Positions 11,001 through 21,551 are shown, counted from the first letter of the stretch. The stretch: 64,000 nucleotides of DNA from Candidatus Poribacteria bacterium (GCA_965215265.1 OZ244048.1:2528001-2592000), one strand, 5' to 3'. A program made the numbers and translations. The notes: generated by a model from the letters alone, not told the origin.

Positions 11001-11124
11001 TAAATCTCGTCAGAGCCTTCTTAGGTTATGATTCCTCAAAAACTTTTCGCGCAATCTCTTCAATCTCGAATGGACTAAACAGATACGTCCTACCGGCCCT
11101 TGTTGCTTGTGAGTTTCGACTTTT

Positions 11125-13359
11125 TTAGACGGGTTGCAGGGAGGTATATGCTGCTGCAAATTCCTTCATCAAGCCTGTGCGCTGAAACCGTACTCTCACG
11201 AATGCATTCTTTCCGTAGCCACTGATTTTTGTTATTTTCCCTCTTCCAAATTTCGGGTGATGTACAATCTGGTTTACTTGGTAACTAAGTTCCGCTTCTT
11301 CTACCCCATATTGTCCTTCCGTTTCGCGGAATGGAGAGCGGTACCGGTCGACATGCTTGATGAGGTTATCAGGTATTTCGGAAATGAAGCGGGATGGCAC
11401 CCGATATTCGTTTTGCCCATACGTCCGCCGCGAGGAGGCATGTAGGAGGTAGAGTTGCTCCATTGCACGCGTGATACCGACGTAACAGAGTCTCCGTTCT
11501 TCCTCTATTGCCGCTTCTGTTGCCTCATCAGTGGAGCGTTTATGCGGGAGAAAGCCCTCCTCCATCCCGACGATGAAAACAAATGGGAATTCTAAGCCTT
11601 TCGCGCTGTGCAGTGTCATAAGCGGTACCATATCGGTATTCTTGTCTGTCTTCATAGTATCTATATCCGCGCTGAGTGCGACGTTCTCCAGATAATCCGA
11701 GAGGCTTGGTTCTGTGATGCCGCTTTCATATTCTGCGATGGCGTTCATGAGCTCCTCAATATTCTCGACGCGGTTCTGTGCTTCTATGCTGTGCTGCTCC
11801 TCGAGCCGTTTGAGGTAACCGGTTCTTTTCAAGACGTGTTGGAGTGCATCGGAGGGCAGGTCTGCGGCATCAAAGTCGTCAAAGATTTTGGCGAAACGGT
11901 GGACCTTTGCTTGGATGCTGCGATTAATTTGGGGGTTTTCCGCGACGCGTTGGATTGCCTCAAAGAGAGACATGCCGCGGTCTGCGGCAAAATCGACAAG
12001 CCTTTGGAGCGTTGTGGCACCGATGCCTCGCGCTGGAACGTTAAGAATACGCCGGACGCTCATTGAATCGTCGCGGTTGCACAAGACGCGGAGGTAGGCG
12101 AGCAGGTCTCTGATTTCCATTCTATCATAGAATCCAACGCCTCCGATAATCTGATAAGGTATGTTGGCAGTTCGGAGTGCTTCTTCAAAGTTTCGGGATT
12201 GTGCGTTCGTGCGGTAAAAGATGGCGAAATCTGAGTAATCGATGCCGTCAGCGTGCCAATCCTCAATTTGCGTTATAACGTAACCTGCCTCGTCATTTTC
12301 ATCCATCGCCTCGTAGCATGTGAGTAGCGCGCCGGTTTCGTTTTTCGTCCACAACTTTTTATGACGGCGGTGGACATTGTTGTGAATGACGCACCACGCT
12401 GCATCCAGAATATTTTGGGTCGAACGGTAGTTCTGCTCCAACCGAAGCACGCGTGCGTGTGGATACGTCCGCTCAAAATCGAGGATATTCTTGATGTCTG
12501 CGCCTCGAAACGCGTAAATAGACTGATCATCATCGCCAACGACACAAAGATTCTGCTTTGTGCCTGTTAACAAGCGTATCAGTTCATATTGGCAGGTATT
12601 GGTATCCTGATACTCGTCAACGAGAATATATTCGAACTGGTTCTGATAGTGTTTGAGAACGCCTTGGTTTGTCTCAAAAAGTTCTAACGTCAAAAGTAGC
12701 AGATCATCGAAGTCGACGGCGTTGTTTTGACGTAGGGTGTCCTGATACCTCGGGTAGATTTGAGCAACGACGTGCTCAAAGTAGCCATCTGCCCGGTCTG
12801 CGAATGTAGAGGGGTTGACGAACTCGTTTTTGGCGCGGCTGATATGGCTGAGAATTGCCCGTGGATTATACTGCTTGTCATTGAAGCCGAGTTGCCGGAG
12901 GATATCTTTCACAAGGGTGGCTTGTTCGCCGGAATCAAAGATGGTGAAGTTCCGGTCAAGGTATTTTGTATTATCATTCGAAGTTGGTTCTTTTGTTGTA
13001 TCTGCGGGCTTCGTCATCTCGTCAGCGAAATCTTCACGGCTGCCTAACTTCTCAATATCTCGTCGGAGGATGCGAGCACAAGTGGTGTGGAAGGTGGCTA
13101 CCCAGAGGTTACGGCTGGCACCTTCTTCTACAAGTGCATCCAACCGTTCCTTCATTTCATTCGCTGCCTTGTTGGTAAATGTTACGGCGAGAATGCGGAA
13201 CGGGGAAACGCCACACTGCTTGAGCAGGTAAGCGACACGGTGGGTGATAACCCGTGTTTTGCCGCTCCCTGCGCCTGCGAGAATAAGAAGCGGCCCCTCG
13301 GTATGGAGCACAGCTTCGCGTTGTACATCGTTTAAGGATTTTAATTGGGTATCGGTCAA
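11125..13359 (-). CDS. pcrA: ATP-dependent DNA helicase PcrA/UvrD
   Basis: AGAGSGKT, DEYQD, GDDDQSIY, NYRS, TLHSAKGLEF, EERRLCYV and a C-terminal Tudor-like HPKFG domain. Confidence 0.95.
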   Translation of the reverse strand: MTDTQLKSLNDVQREAVLHTEGPLLILAGAGSGKTRVITHRVAYLLKQCGVSPFRILAVTFTNKAANEMKERLDALVEEGASRNLWVATFHTTCARILRRDIEKLGSREDFADEMTKPADTTKEPTSNDNTKYLDRNFTIFDSGEQATLVKDILRQLGFNDKQYNPRAILSHISRAKNEFVNPSTFADRADGYFEHVVAQIYPRYQDTLRQNNAVDFDDLLLLTLELFETNQGVLKHYQNQFEYILVDEYQDTNTCQYELIRLLTGTKQNLCVVGDDDQSIYAFRGADIKNILDFERTYPHARVLRLEQNYRSTQNILDAAWCVIHNNVHRRHKKLWTKNETGALLTCYEAMDENDEAGYVITQIEDWHADGIDYSDFAIFYRTNAQSRNFEEALRTANIPYQIIGGVGFYDRMEIRDLLAYLRVLCNRDDSMSVRRILNVPARGIGATTLQRLVDFAADRGMSLFEAIQRVAENPQINRSIQAKVHRFAKIFDDFDAADLPSDALQHVLKRTGYLKRLEEQHSIEAQNRVENIEELMNAIAEYESGITEPSLSDYLENVALSADIDTMKTDKNTDMVPLMTLHSAKGLEFPFVFIVGMEEGFLPHKRSTDEATEAAIEEERRLCYVGITRAMEQLYLLHASSRRTYGQNEYRVPSRFISEIPDNLIKHVDRYRSPFRETEGQYGVEEAELSYQVNQIVHHPKFGRGKITKISGYGKNAFVRVRFQRTGLMKEFAAAYTSLQPV

Positions 13360-13458
13360 TGTTTATCCCTTATCGCATAGTATTTGTGGGAAATGCGCCG
13401 TCGCTTTTTTATGTAAGTTTTTAATCGGCGCTTGAAATGCCCCAACTTTATTCTGTAA

Positions 13459-13487
13459 AGTATATACGATTTGGATTAATTTTGCAA
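13459..13487 (-). promoter_or_regulatory. sigma70-type promoter of pcrA
   Basis: TTGCAA-N17-TATACT on the minus strand. Confidence 0.55.
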
Positions 13488-13634
13488 GCGGAAATTTCGA
13501 GCGGTATTTCGTTTAAGGAAATGTGATAGTCATGTTCTGTGCTGAAGGGTGAATCAAGTGATAAGTAAGGTGGTAAAACTGCGGCTGTTGCTGCGTTTGT
13601 TTCGCATTTGTACTGCCCTTCAGGATAACGCTCC

Positions 13635-16586
13635 TTAGTTAAGGTATTGCTTCAAAAACCGCCCGGTATGCGATTCGGGTGCTGCTGCGATTTCTTCGGG
13701 TGTGCCTTGGGCTAACACTTGTCCCCCTTTATGCCCACCCTCTGGGCCGAGGTCTATGACATAATCGGCGGTCTTTATGACATCCAGATGGTGTTCAATG
13801 ACGATGACAGTATGTCCGGTATCAACGAGCCGGTTCAGGCTGTCCAATAGTTTCTGAACGTCGGCGAGGTGGAGCCCCGTGGTCGGTTCATCCAAGATGT
13901 AGAGATTATGCTTACCGCGCTTGATTTTCCCCAATTCGCATGCGAGTTTAACGCGCTGTGCCTCACCACCCGAAAGAATGGGGGCTGGGTGTCCGATCTG
14001 GAGGTAACCCATGCCGAGTTGGTTAAGCACACTTAATTTGTGGTGAATGAGGCGCTGGTCTGCAAAGAATTCTACGCCGTCTTCAATAGACATCTCCAAA
14101 ATCTCGGAGATGTTTTTGCCGTTATATGTCACCTCGAGTGTATCTTGATTATAGCGGGCACCTTTACAAGTGGGGCAAGTCACCTCGACATCAGGCATAA
14201 AGTGTAGTTTAGTAGTGATGGTGCCTTCGCCGTGGCATTCTTCGCACCGTCCGCCTTTGACGTTAAAACTAAACCTGCCCATGGCGTAACCCCGTGCTTG
14301 TGCTTGGGGTGTATTTGCAAACAGTTTTCGGATATTATCATAAAAACCGATGTAGGTTGCGGGATTAGAACGTGGGGAACGTCCGATGGGAGACTGGTCG
14401 ATGTTAATAACGTCGCTCACGTGCTCGTGGCCTTTAAGTGCCTCATGTGCGCCGGAGAGGATGCGGCTATCATGATAGATGGAATAAAGTTTTTTGTAGA
14501 GAATTTCGTTCACAAGTGTGCTTTTGCCGGAGCCGGATGCGCCTGTGACACAGATAAACGCCCCCAAGGGGATGTCAATATCAATATTGCGCAGGTTGTT
14601 TTCTCTTGCTCCGGTGACGCTCAGGCATTTGCCGTTGAGAATGCGGCGTTGTATGGGAAGCGGAATCTGCTCTTTTCCGCTCATGTAGAGTCCTGTCAAA
14701 GAGACTGTGCTTTTGAGAATGGTTTCGAGAGGTCCCTGTGCGACGATGTGTCCGCCGTGGACACCTGGGCCTGGTCCGAGCTCGATGATGTGATCTGCGG
14801 CACGAATGGTGCTCTCATCATGTTCAACGACGATAACAGTGTTTCCGATGTCGCGCAGCTTGTGCAAGGTTTCGATCATTTTGACGTTATCTTTAGGGTG
14901 TAAACCGATGCTGGGTTCATCAAGTACATAGAGCATTCCCATTAACCCTGAACCTATCTGTGTGGAGAGTCGGATGCGCTGGGATTCTCCGCCGGAGAGC
15001 GTTGCGGAACGTCGATTGAGGTTCAGATAGTCCAGTCCAATGCCGAGCAGTAGGTTAATCCGTTCGACGAGTTCCTTGATGACGCGCTGCCCTGCCTCGC
15101 GTTGCTTTTCAGGGATTCCGGTAATCTGTAACAAGAAATCCCTTAATTCCTCAAAGTGGAGTTCGCCGACATCATGAATTGTGATGTCTTTGATTTTAAC
15201 GAGGAGGCGTTGCAGTTTGAGTTTTGCGCCGTTGCAATCAGGGCATGTGTGTTCCACCATGACTTTTCGGAGATATTCCTCCATGCCGGAGTGTGCTTCT
15301 CCCTGTTTTCGGTAGTGTCGGTAGTGCCGGTCAATGCGGGTAATGATTCCGTCAAATCGTATTTTTCTGCCGAGGTGTCGTTTTTCGATCGGCTTTGCAT
15401 CTTCAGGTTGACAGATGGGGAATTCCTCGCCGCGTGTGCCGTGGAAGAGAATATCGACGATATGCGGTGGGAGTTGAGCAAAAGGTGTGTTCAAGTCAAA
15501 TCCGTAGTGTTTAGAGAGGCTGTATAGGGTTCTGCCGTCCCACCGATCCGGGTCGTAGCTAGTGGTTTGATGTGCGAATGTCCCTTCAACGATGCTGCGC
15601 GTTTTATCTGGGACGAGCAGATCTGGGTGGACCTGGAGGTATGTGCCGAGTCCGGAGCATGTGACGCATGCGCCTGTAGGTTCATTAAAGGTGAAGTGGT
15701 GTGGTCCCAATTCGCCCATGAGTACTCCGTGTTCGGGGCATCCAAAATCTGTGAGCAGGCGTGCGATTTCTTGTTCGTATTGCGGTTGTTCACTAGGAAT
15801 CGGTATAATTTCGGGTGGGGTGGCCACATTATTCTTGGGTGGAGGGTTTGCCGCCGCGTCCATTTCAGGTGGGTAGACGACAAAGCTCATGAACGCTTCC
15901 CCAACCAGCATGGTGTGTTCAAGCGAGGCGAGCACCAGTTTGTCAATATCCTTTTTAATAAAGAATTTGTCAACGATGACTTGGATATCGTATTCTTTAT
16001 CTGCATCCAGTTGAATTTCGTCACTGATGTCGTGTTGTACGCCGTCAATACGGACGTGGCGGCATCCTTTTGTGCGGATATCGTCAAAGAGGTAGTCGTA
16101 ATCTTCCCCGTAGATTTTGAAGACTGGTGCGTGAATTTCAACTTCGCTGCCTTCAGGTAATGAAAGGAGGCGCTCCAAGATTTGGTGTGGTGTGCGGGTG
16201 GGTATTTCGCGTTCACAGTATGGACAGTGCGCGGTGCCGATGGTTGCGAAGAGCATCCGGAGAAAATCTTGCAGATCGGTCATGGTTCCGACGGTGGAGC
16301 GCGGGTTCATTGTTATGGTTTTCTGTTCAATGGAAACAACCGGGGAGAGCCCATCAACGAAGTCGACATCGGGTTTCTTAAGTTGGGTGATGAAACGTTT
16401 GGCATAAGTGGACATGGATTCCAGAAAACGGCGTTGTCCCTCTGCATAGACGGTGTCGAAAGCCAATGAGGATTTACCGGAACCACTGATGCCTGTGACG
16501 ACAACGAGCTGGTTTCTGGGGATCTCGACTTCTATATTTTGGAGGTTATTTTCTCTCGCGCCTTTGACAGCAACGGTTTGTCTCAT
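13635..16586 (-). CDS. uvrA: excinuclease ABC subunit A
   Basis: Two ABC ATPase domains ([16 protein letters not shown]; GASGSGKS), zinc fingers, [14 protein letters not shown]. Confidence 0.95.
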   Translation of the reverse strand: MRQTVAVKGARENNLQNIEVEIPRNQLVVVTGISGSGKSSLAFDTVYAEGQRRFLESMSTYAKRFITQLKKPDVDFVDGLSPVVSIEQKTITMNPRSTVGTMTDLQDFLRMLFATIGTAHCPYCEREIPTRTPHQILERLLSLPEGSEVEIHAPVFKIYGEDYDYLFDDIRTKGCRHVRIDGVQHDISDEIQLDADKEYDIQVIVDKFFIKKDIDKLVLASLEHTMLVGEAFMSFVVYPPEMDAAANPPPKNNVATPPEIIPIPSEQPQYEQEIARLLTDFGCPEHGVLMGELGPHHFTFNEPTGACVTCSGLGTYLQVHPDLLVPDKTRSIVEGTFAHQTTSYDPDRWDGRTLYSLSKHYGFDLNTPFAQLPPHIVDILFHGTRGEEFPICQPEDAKPIEKRHLGRKIRFDGIITRIDRHYRHYRKQGEAHSGMEEYLRKVMVEHTCPDCNGAKLKLQRLLVKIKDITIHDVGELHFEELRDFLLQITGIPEKQREAGQRVIKELVERINLLLGIGLDYLNLNRRSATLSGGESQRIRLSTQIGSGLMGMLYVLDEPSIGLHPKDNVKMIETLHKLRDIGNTVIVVEHDESTIRAADHIIELGPGPGVHGGHIVAQGPLETILKSTVSLTGLYMSGKEQIPLPIQRRILNGKCLSVTGARENNLRNIDIDIPLGAFICVTGASGSGKSTLVNEILYKKLYSIYHDSRILSGAHEALKGHEHVSDVINIDQSPIGRSPRSNPATYIGFYDNIRKLFANTPQAQARGYAMGRFSFNVKGGRCEECHGEGTITTKLHFMPDVEVTCPTCKGARYNQDTLEVTYNGKNISEILEMSIEDGVEFFADQRLIHHKLSVLNQLGMGYLQIGHPAPILSGGEAQRVKLACELGKIKRGKHNLYILDEPTTGLHLADVQKLLDSLNRLVDTGHTVIVIEHHLDVIKTADYVIDLGPEGGHKGGQVLAQGTPEEIAAAPESHTGRFLKQYLN

Positions 16587-16823
16587 CAGTTTTCTCCTTC
16601 TTTAGCCTAAAACGGCTCTGGCAAGATTTGTATAGGCGTTATCAGAGCAGCCGCCTTCAAGGCACTCCAATAGACAAAAATAAGACAAAAAGCTACAATA
16701 CAAATATGTCTGTTATGGCTGAACGGTTACATGAAAAAATTTAAAATCTTTAGTGTGTCTAAGGTTATGAATGGGTTTGTAGATAGTATACACAATTCGA
16801 ATTTGCCTGAGTGGCTCCGTCTT

Positions 16824-16849
16824 AAAAAGTTACCGTACGGTAACTTTTT
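16824..16849. promoter_or_regulatory. perfect 26-bp palindrome upstream of uvrA (candidate operator or terminator)
   Basis: AAAAAGTTACCGT|ACGGTAACTTTTT. Confidence 0.45.
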
Positions 16850-17193
16850 TCTGTTTTTGGTAACTTTATAAACTATGCTTGAAAACTCAATCGCTGTATG
16901 GGTTTATAGCCGTTTTTTTTCTAAAGTTTTCCGAAAAAAAAAGGAAAAGTGTAACAATTTTGATGTTTCGGATTACAAGGGTTTATTTTTTTTATCCGTT
17001 GCAATCAGGAGAGCAGCCCTCAGTCCGTTCCGTTTCAAGGGCGTTGCATTCCAAGGGGCCGTAATTATGGGATTGGCTTAGGGCGGAAGTGTGCCGGTAA
17101 CAGGCGCTAAATCGCTCTCCTACAAAATAGCATGATTTCGTGCTGCGGTGGCATTCGACCTTCCGCCTTGATTCACGTACTGATCGGTTCTAT

Positions 17194-19158
17194 CTACAAA
17201 AACGGATTATCTGCATCGTAATAATATGATGGCTGTTCGAGTGACACTTGGCTGTCCTTAGTTAAACGGATGGGCGCGGCGAATTGCTCAATAACGTCTT
17301 TCTGTGCGAGCCATTCACACGCCATTTCAAACAGTAAGTTGCGCTGCCCGAAATGGTCATAAAGATCGGTTATCGTGCGCTCTTCTCTGGCAGTCTGCAG
17401 GAAATCGAGCAACGGTTTGAAAAGAGTGTGCACGTTGTCTGCTAAGTAGGCATCTACCTGCTCAAGCACGTGCTGGAGGGTGTCCTGATCTTTAGGTATG
17501 TGAAGCATCTGTGTAAAAACGGTGTTGAAGAACGCGGGGTTATGTTTGATGGCTTGATAGATAACCTTGCGTTTGGGTGTTTCGCCGTGCATCAGGCATT
17601 CAATAGCTGCCAATTGTCTAATAACAAAGATTAAGTATAAAAATGTATAGTTAAGATCGCGTTTGAGGTAAAACCATTTTTCCGCTTTGGCGAGTACGGC
17701 GGTGGCATCTGCTGCATTGTTGAGGAGCTGAGCGTGTTTATCGCGTTCACCAAGTTGGTTGTCCGTGATGTGCTGGAGCCAGTCTGCGAGTCCGGGTTCT
17801 TTGGAAAAGAGGATTTCACTTTGGGCAAGCATCGCATGGAGTGTGCTCCCTTGTAAGGTTTTTTCGAGCAGCTGCCGATATGCGCTGCGGGTGTGCAGTT
17901 TAACCCGAATAGGTACGTTTTCTTCGATTAATTGATGTTCTGCTTGCTTAAATTTAGTCCCGTCTCTCAGAATCAGTGTGATAAAGGGTGTTGTCTTTTC
18001 CCAGACGTTGTTTTCAGCGAGGTTACTGGTAAGAACCGCCGCGAGAACGTACCGGTCTTGCTTGAGCGTCTGGATAAGTCTGTCGAGTGCGTCGTGAATC
18101 TGCTGTTTTTTGTCTGCGTGGGCGATAATGTGATTTTTGGTTGAGATGTGTTGTGGGTATCTCGTCGGAGTCTCTTTGGGCGGTGAAGAGGCGGCTGCGT
18201 CTGTTTGGCCAGGGTCATCTTCGTGCTCATTATTCTCATCGTAATAGTAGGCGGGTTCCTCGACAGAGCCCTGGCTTTTGCGTGTAAGTTTCATGGGCAC
18301 GGCGACTTGCTGGATGCGCCCTTTCCACGCGAGCCATTGGCATACTAGAGACAACGATTCTTCATCAAAGTTTGCACGGAAATAAGCGTTCAATTCCGTA
18401 TTGGAGCGCGGTGTCTTCTGCTCAGTGAGATAATCGAGAATCGGTTTGAAGATGAACTGGCGTTCGTCAAGGTAGGCGTTAATTGCATCCAGTGCGTGTT
18501 GAATGACCGTCTCGTTTTTCTGACAGTTTATCAATTCAGTATAGACGTGATTGAAGAAGTCGGGGTTGTAGTGCAGCGCGGGTTGAATCACCTCACGTGC
18601 GGGTACTTCATCGTTTAGGAGTACCTCTATTCGTGCGAGGCCCTGTACTACATTCAGCAGCGTAAGGAAACAGGTAATTATATCGTTATTTACGTAAAAC
18701 TGTTTTTCGGCATAGATAAGATTTGGCAAGATGCTGGCGGCGACGTTAAGCAGTTGGACTTGTCTGTCACGTTCACCGATGTTATGGCGGTTGGCGTTTT
18801 TATCGTACCATTGCTTGATGGAGTCGTCCCGTGAGAAGAGGAGTGTGCTGTGGGAGAAATAGGAGTGGGTGATAGAGCCTTGTTGCGCACGTTCTATTGT
18901 CTTTTTGAAGTGGCTGCGCGGTGTCAAAGAGGCGTGAATGTTGATGCCGTTTTCCACCAGTATGTAGAAGGATTGGTTTGGGCGGATGTCGTCCCTACCG
19001 ATGAGCTCGACATCTAGGTCCGATTTCTGCCAGACTTGTGCGTATGAGAAACTGCCTGCGACGATCGCGGCAAGGATATAAGGATCTTGCTTAACCTTTT
19101 CAACGAGCGAATCGACGGCTTCGCGGTACTGTTGTTCAATCGCGTCTTGGGATTTCAT
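17194..19158 (-). CDS. internally duplicated Pol-beta-type nucleotidyltransferase-like protein (YgxA-like halves)
   Basis: The N-half has AGSFS...SDLDV and the C-half is homologous without the acidic motif. Both halves end xExPxYYYD. TTGCAT-N17-TATAAT promoter at about 19196-19224. Confidence 0.75.
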   Translation of the reverse strand: MKSQDAIEQQYREAVDSLVEKVKQDPYILAAIVAGSFSYAQVWQKSDLDVELIGRDDIRPNQSFYILVENGINIHASLTPRSHFKKTIERAQQGSITHSYFSHSTLLFSRDDSIKQWYDKNANRHNIGERDRQVQLLNVAASILPNLIYAEKQFYVNNDIITCFLTLLNVVQGLARIEVLLNDEVPAREVIQPALHYNPDFFNHVYTELINCQKNETVIQHALDAINAYLDERQFIFKPILDYLTEQKTPRSNTELNAYFRANFDEESLSLVCQWLAWKGRIQQVAVPMKLTRKSQGSVEEPAYYYDENNEHEDDPGQTDAAASSPPKETPTRYPQHISTKNHIIAHADKKQQIHDALDRLIQTLKQDRYVLAAVLTSNLAENNVWEKTTPFITLILRDGTKFKQAEHQLIEENVPIRVKLHTRSAYRQLLEKTLQGSTLHAMLAQSEILFSKEPGLADWLQHITDNQLGERDKHAQLLNNAADATAVLAKAEKWFYLKRDLNYTFLYLIFVIRQLAAIECLMHGETPKRKVIYQAIKHNPAFFNTVFTQMLHIPKDQDTLQHVLEQVDAYLADNVHTLFKPLLDFLQTAREERTITDLYDHFGQRNLLFEMACEWLAQKDVIEQFAAPIRLTKDSQVSLEQPSYYYDADNPFL

Positions 19159-19409
19159 CAGGATTTCTCCGATTGCGGGTGCATTTATAATCTTAATTAT
19201 ACCCTTTATATGTTAAGAATGCAAGGAAAAAAAATAGCAAACGTTGATTTTTTTTTGCATCTGCGTGCCTCCAATTCGTATTTTTTTACCCAAAAATGTG
19301 GCGAAATTCTGATTTTTCGTCAAAGAAGTCTGTTTTTATCTAGCGTGCCCGATTTTGTTGCAAATTCACTGAGATTGAAAAACGGAGTTGACTGGTTTCA
19401 AACGCTGAC

Positions 19410-19563
19410 GGCACCGTGCTGCTCTGGGACCTCTGCCCCTAGCCCGATGCCCTCGGCACCGCAGCCCGCTTTTTTGCGTTATAGTTTTACCCTCTGCTTG
19501 TGGGCGTTAGCCGGGTTCGTCTTTCACAGAGGCTAGGCGCTGCCACCCAACAAAAGCCAAAAA
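19410..19563. repeat. ~140-150 bp self-complementary repeat (MITE-like or structured RNA), copy 1
   Basis: Near-identical direct repeat at 21317-21469; partial third copy at about 19706-19757. Confidence 0.85.
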
Positions 19564-19862
19564 CTCATTTACCCCTATTTTTTTTGAAGGTTTGTGGTGA
19601 AAGGTTTTTGTTTAGAGCAGTGTGAGAAAAGCAGTGGGTTAGAGATACCCGAAATGGGTAAATCCAACATCTCTGATAACCCGTTTTCAAGACATCTTCA
19701 AGGCTTCTGGTATCTCCGTCCCTAGCCCGATGCCACCGGCACCGAAGACAGCAGCCCTCTGTTTGCAGGGAGACATGAGGTTACCATCAAAAATCTAAAA
19801 AAAGAGTGACTTTTTTCAAAATCTGTGGTATACTTCTTCAGTGAGCCAAGTGGCAAACTCCA

Positions 19863-19973
19863 AAAATGCAGCTTGCGGCAGGCAGGTAAAAAACGATGAA
19901 AAAGAATTTCACTACCATTCGGCTCTGGGATGTCAACACAGGCGAACCCCTCAAAACTCTCATGTCTCTCTAA
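19863..19973 (+). pseudogene. WD40-repeat gene remnant
   Basis: In-frame KMQLAAGR*KTMKKNFTTIRLWDVNTGEPLKTLMSL*; TIRLWDVNTGEPLKTL is a canonical WD40 repeat segment. Confidence 0.6.
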
Positions 19974-20239
19974 GTGTGCAGCGCTTGCAGGAACGCTTCA
20001 AAACTGGGTGTCTCAACGGCGATGAGATGTAGCTGCTTGAGCCGCGCCAGGTCTGGTATGGCTTCAAGGTGCGGTTGAGTCGTCTGCACGTCGCTCTGCG
20101 GGAACCGTGCGGTGAGCACCGCGATGACGTTTTCTATCGCCGTCCGGCGTGCGCCTTGTTCAATGCCTTGTTCAATGCCTTGTTCAATGCCTTGTTTGAG
20201 TCCTTGTTGCACGAGGACTTCTGCCATGGTTTCTGCCAT
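19970..20239 (-). CDS. predicted intragenic small protein (Rpn-S-like antitoxin, 89 aa), in frame within the Rpn gene
   Basis: GGAGGT (20247-20252, minus strand) sits 7 nt before an in-frame ATG at 20239: MAETMAEVLVQQG... Confidence 0.65.
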   Translation of the reverse strand: MAETMAEVLVQQGLKQGIEQGIEQGIEQGARRTAIENVIAVLTARFPQSDVQTTQPHLEAIPDLARLKQLHLIAVETPSFEAFLQALHT

Positions 20240-21079
20240 CTGTTTTACCTCCATCTTATCTTCTGCGAGTTGTTCCACTAATGCGACTAAGCCACTTTGT
20301 TCTGATAGCGGCCGACGATGCAAGATGAGTAGCAAGAAATAGACTATCGCCTCACGCCGCTGTTCGGCACCAACCGTATCAAACTCATCAAGGTGCGCTA
20401 TCGCCGTGCGTAACGCATCGCGTATCTCCGCCTCGTCTGCTCTCTCTTTTTGCAGCACCGTCAAAAGCCACCCGAACGGATGATGCGTTTGAGTGAGCGT
20501 GGCGACATCGGTTTGCTTCACGCTCAGAAACAACGTCTCAAAAGCCGGAACGAACCGGGCGAGTTCAGCAGGGATGTCCATCAGCGCCTCAAGTGTCAGC
20601 GGGGTTTTCCACTGCTGCTCGCCGGTATAAAACACAACCGGCAGTATCGGGGGCAACCGTCGTGCCTGTTTGGGCACCTTGTCGTGTTCCCATTGCCTGC
20701 GATGTGCGTCCCAAATCAGCATCATATAAAACAGCACCCGAAACCCCATCGTCGCATCCACCGTCGATTGATGTTCGACGAGCAGATAGATAAGCAGCGC
20801 CTCCGTGGCTGTCTCGGTTCTAAACGGGACGCGAAACACGCTATCCGCTTCCTGCTCCCGCAGCACTTCTGGCAGCAGGCTTCTCGGGAGTGGAACGAGT
20901 TGGCTAAAATCTATGCGTTCTGCGATGTCAGCGGCGACGATTTCTAGCACACCCCGGACGTTTTCGCCGTTTTGTAGCAAGCGCCGCACACTTCTGTCGG
21001 CGAAGTGTTCAACGCGTCCATCAAGCAGCGCGCGGATATGCTGCATCTGCGTGTCCACGTCTTTGGTTTCTTGCGTCAT
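19970..21079 (-). CDS. Rpn-family recombination-promoting nuclease / YhgA-like putative transposase
   Basis: READSVF...YLLVEHQS (PD-(D/E)xK variant), LPPILPVVFYTG, GIEQ repeats and a small helical C-terminal domain. Confidence 0.9.
   Translation of the reverse strand: MTQETKDVDTQMQHIRALLDGRVEHFADRSVRRLLQNGENVRGVLEIVAADIAERIDFSQLVPLPRSLLPEVLREQEADSVFRVPFRTETATEALLIYLLVEHQSTVDATMGFRVLFYMMLIWDAHRRQWEHDKVPKQARRLPPILPVVFYTGEQQWKTPLTLEALMDIPAELARFVPAFETLFLSVKQTDVATLTQTHHPFGWLLTVLQKERADEAEIRDALRTAIAHLDEFDTVGAEQRREAIVYFLLLILHRRPLSEQSGLVALVEQLAEDKMEVKQMAETMAEVLVQQGLKQGIEQGIEQGIEQGARRTAIENVIAVLTARFPQSDVQTTQPHLEAIPDLARLKQLHLIAVETPSFEAFLQALHT
20153..20196. repeat. 12-bp tandem repeat (GIEQ x3-4) in the Rpn linker
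   Basis: GCCTTGTTCAAT x3 plus a partial unit. Confidence 0.85.
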
Positions 21080-21316
21080 TTATCTCCTCTATGCCGGGTG
21101 CCTGCCATTCGGGCAGCCCGCCGGTGAAAAGCGGTGAAGATTTTACTCAAATTATACCACTTTTGGCAGTAAAGATGCCACCCTTTTTTTTAGGCGGATT
21201 TCGTTTTTCGCTTCTGGCACCGGAGAATCGCTTAAGCGGCTCACTGCGTATAAGTATAATGTCCATAACTTGTGTTCAGCACAGATGGCAGCACGCTCGC
21301 GAGTGGAAGTTCGGAT

Positions 21317-21469
21317 GGCACCGTGCTGCTCTGGGACCGCCGCCCCTAGCCCGAGGCCCTCGGCACCGCAGCCCGCTTTTTTGCGTTATAGTTTTACCCT
21401 TGCTTCCGGGCGTTAGCGGGGTGCGTCTTTCACAGAGGCTAGGCGCTGCCACCTAACAACAGACAAAAA
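21317..21469. repeat. ~140-150 bp self-complementary repeat, copy 2
   Basis: Direct repeat of 19410-19563 with few substitutions. Confidence 0.85.
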
Positions 21470-21474
21470 AAACA

Positions 21475-21504
21475 TTGACATTCTCCCCTCATTTGTGCTA
21501 CAAT
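21475..21504 (+). promoter_or_regulatory. sigma70-type promoter for Rpn2 and the DUF1156 MTase
   Basis: TTGACA-N18-TACAAT with a TG extension. Confidence 0.6.
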
Positions 21505-21551
21505 GATATAGAAAGACGACGCAACCAAAGGCGAGGCACCCTCACAACATC

